Shown here: positions 16,395 to 17,865 of the stretch, in pieces | Layout of the letters: every line of letters begins with the position of its first letter | Numbering within the stretch: the first letter of the stretch is position 1 | Origin: a candidate division WOR-3 bacterium | Lineage (GTDB): Bacteria > Hydrothermota > Tepidihabitantia > Tepidihabitantales > JAOUPE01 | Direction of reading: 5' to 3' | Assembly (NCBI GenBank): GCA_039801565.1 | Contig: JBDRUX010000047.1 | Span: forward strand, 1 to 17,865 | Length of the DNA: 17,865 nucleotides | Made by a program: the position numbers and the translations under genes | The notes under the pieces: model-generated | What the model was told of the DNA's origin: nothing | Seen by the model: only the letters and a program-made list of their open reading frames with translations | The model's database searches: none

Positions 16395-17213
16395 ATGATA
16401 AATTCTAAGTTTGAATTGGAAGCAATTGAATTTTTAAGTAAGCTTCCGAAAGCTTGTGTTCACGGGAGAAATATATTAACAAAACTGAAAAATAAGAAAA
16501 TCACACAACCCCTTTTTGAGAAGTATAAAACTTGGTTTAGCGAAAATGAAAAAATTATAGGCTTTAAGGGGGTGGATATTAAAAAGAGAGTGCAACTTTT
16601 AAACGAATATAAAAATTACACAAGTACTATCAAAATTTTCACTTCCCAATCTCAATTTCATTCCACAGTTATTGAAGAGTTCCTTTATTATTTATTTCGT
16701 GACAAAGTCGCATCCTTTAACTTTAATAAAATTGAATTAGGAGGCATACGAGCTTATAGTAATTTATATTTTTCTCCAAAAAGTTTAAGGGAATTTCAAA
16801 ACGAAGCTTTTATTAGGGTAAATGAAAAAGACCAAGATTTCGCAATATATCGGCAATTAGAGCTCGTTGCTGAAAATACCAAGAAAATTATTAACATTCC
16901 CATTGTTTCTATTGAATGTAAAACTTATTTAGATAAAACGATGTTGGAAGGTTCGATTGCAACTGCCGAGAAGATAAAATTAGGTAATCCTTATTGTTTA
17001 TTTCTCATTGTCACTGAAACCTATTCGGTTTCTCTTGAAGTTGACCCTAAATACTCAAGAATTGACCAAATTTATGTTTTGAGAAAGGACAATCCATCAA
17101 ATCCCATTCAACCAGATGTTGTGATTGACCTTTTCACCTTTGTTGCCAATCATTTGGCAGCGGACTGGTCTGATATCGCAACTAAAATCAGAAAAAATGG
17201 AAAAGTCTTATGA
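16395..17213 (+). CDS. Bpu10I-family type II restriction endonuclease
   Basis: 272 aa. STVIEEFLYYLF, KDQDFAIY, IVSIECKTYLDKTMLE, NPYCLFLIVTE, IDQIYVLRK (PD-(D/E)xK core as recalled for Bpu10I-like enzymes). Confidence 0.82.
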   Translation: MINSKFELEAIEFLSKLPKACVHGRNILTKLKNKKITQPLFEKYKTWFSENEKIIGFKGVDIKKRVQLLNEYKNYTSTIKIFTSQSQFHSTVIEEFLYYLFRDKVASFNFNKIELGGIRAYSNLYFSPKSLREFQNEAFIRVNEKDQDFAIYRQLELVAENTKKIINIPIVSIECKTYLDKTMLEGSIATAEKIKLGNPYCLFLIVTETYSVSLEVDPKYSRIDQIYVLRKDNPSNPIQPDVVIDLFTFVANHLAADWSDIATKIRKNGKVL

Positions 17214-17865
17214 AGCATTTAATAGAAACATCCTGGCAATTTAATTTTAAAGAACCTTTAACCGCTAATTATAGACCGATTAAAATTGAACTCGGGAAAA
17301 CGCTATCAGAAAAAGAAATGAAAGTTATCTCAAGACTGGAAAACATTTTCCCGAAAACTGATTTCTTTTTTAAAACCAATGGACATGAATTAATTTTCTA
17401 TTTAAGAGAGATTGACTTGCTATTTTTCCGAAATACGATAAAAAAACTTGCCGTCGAGAACAACCTAAATGAGACAGAAAATATTTTCAATAAACTAATA
17501 AGCAATATCGAAGCAATAAAAAGTTACGGCTTAAAAGGGCGAAAAAGATTATATGTCGGCTATAATAAAGAAAGAAAAGTAAAGAGTCGAAAGGAAAAAG
17601 AAATAAGACGGGGGGTATACTTTTATGCCCTTAATCATAATTTCAGTAAGAAGAATAACGAATTGCCAAACCAGTTTGTTAATAGAATTATTTGCGGTGA
17701 CAGCGAGGGAATTTTAAAAAAAGTGCCCGATAACTGCATTGATTTAATATTTACCTCACCACCATATAATTTTGGACTTGATTACGAAAATCACAAAGAT
17801 GGTATAAGTTGGTATGATTATATTGATAAATTATTTGCGATATTCAAAGAATGCATAAGAGTACT
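17210..17865 (+). CDS. Site-specific DNA amino-methyltransferase (N4-C/N6-A, beta class) with a ~155-aa N-terminal extension; truncated by the window end
   Basis: Not in the ORF track because it has no stop. ATG 17210 overlaps the endonuclease TGA. Open frame MKHLIETSW...NRIICGDSEGILKKVPDNCIDLIFTSPPYNFG...FKECIRV with motif IV SPPY. Confidence 0.88.
   Translation, partial: MKHLIETSWQFNFKEPLTANYRPIKIELGKTLSEKEMKVISRLENIFPKTDFFFKTNGHELIFYLREIDLLFFRNTIKKLAVENNLNETENIFNKLISNIEAIKSYGLKGRKRLYVGYNKERKVKSRKEKEIRRGVYFYALNHNFSKKNNELPNQFVNRIICGDSEGILKKVPDNCIDLIFTSPPYNFGLDYENHKDGISWYDYIDKLFAIFKECIRV

Overview
AT-rich bacterial chromosomal segment. Secreted proteins with Por/T9SS-like or FlgD-Ig tails suggest an FCB-related lineage such as WOR-3 (inference only). 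Gene order: decayed beta-propeller fragment at the left edge; PKD/PQQ-propeller lipoprotein (-); LonC-type Lon protease (-); degraded IS256; truA (+); DUF4139 protein (+); B12-binding radical SAM enzyme coupled to xerC (-); 16-repeat YVTN/YncE propeller protein (+); M28 peptidase (+); Bpu10I-family endonuclease plus a truncated beta-class amino-methyltransferase with a long N-terminal extension (+). Most proteins belong to known families. The most interesting signals are non-coding: a promoter-driven three-way-junction RNA with C/U-rich single strands (about 13872-14009), and a four-hairpin RNA or leader starting at a predicted TSS (2127-1957, minus). Both expose UCUCAUCU. Also seen: apparent leaderless genes, a 16-nt promoter spacer bias, an ECF-type promoter over a RAYT/REP-like remnant, and a leaderless uORF ahead of the endonuclease. 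All calls were made by eye without database searches.
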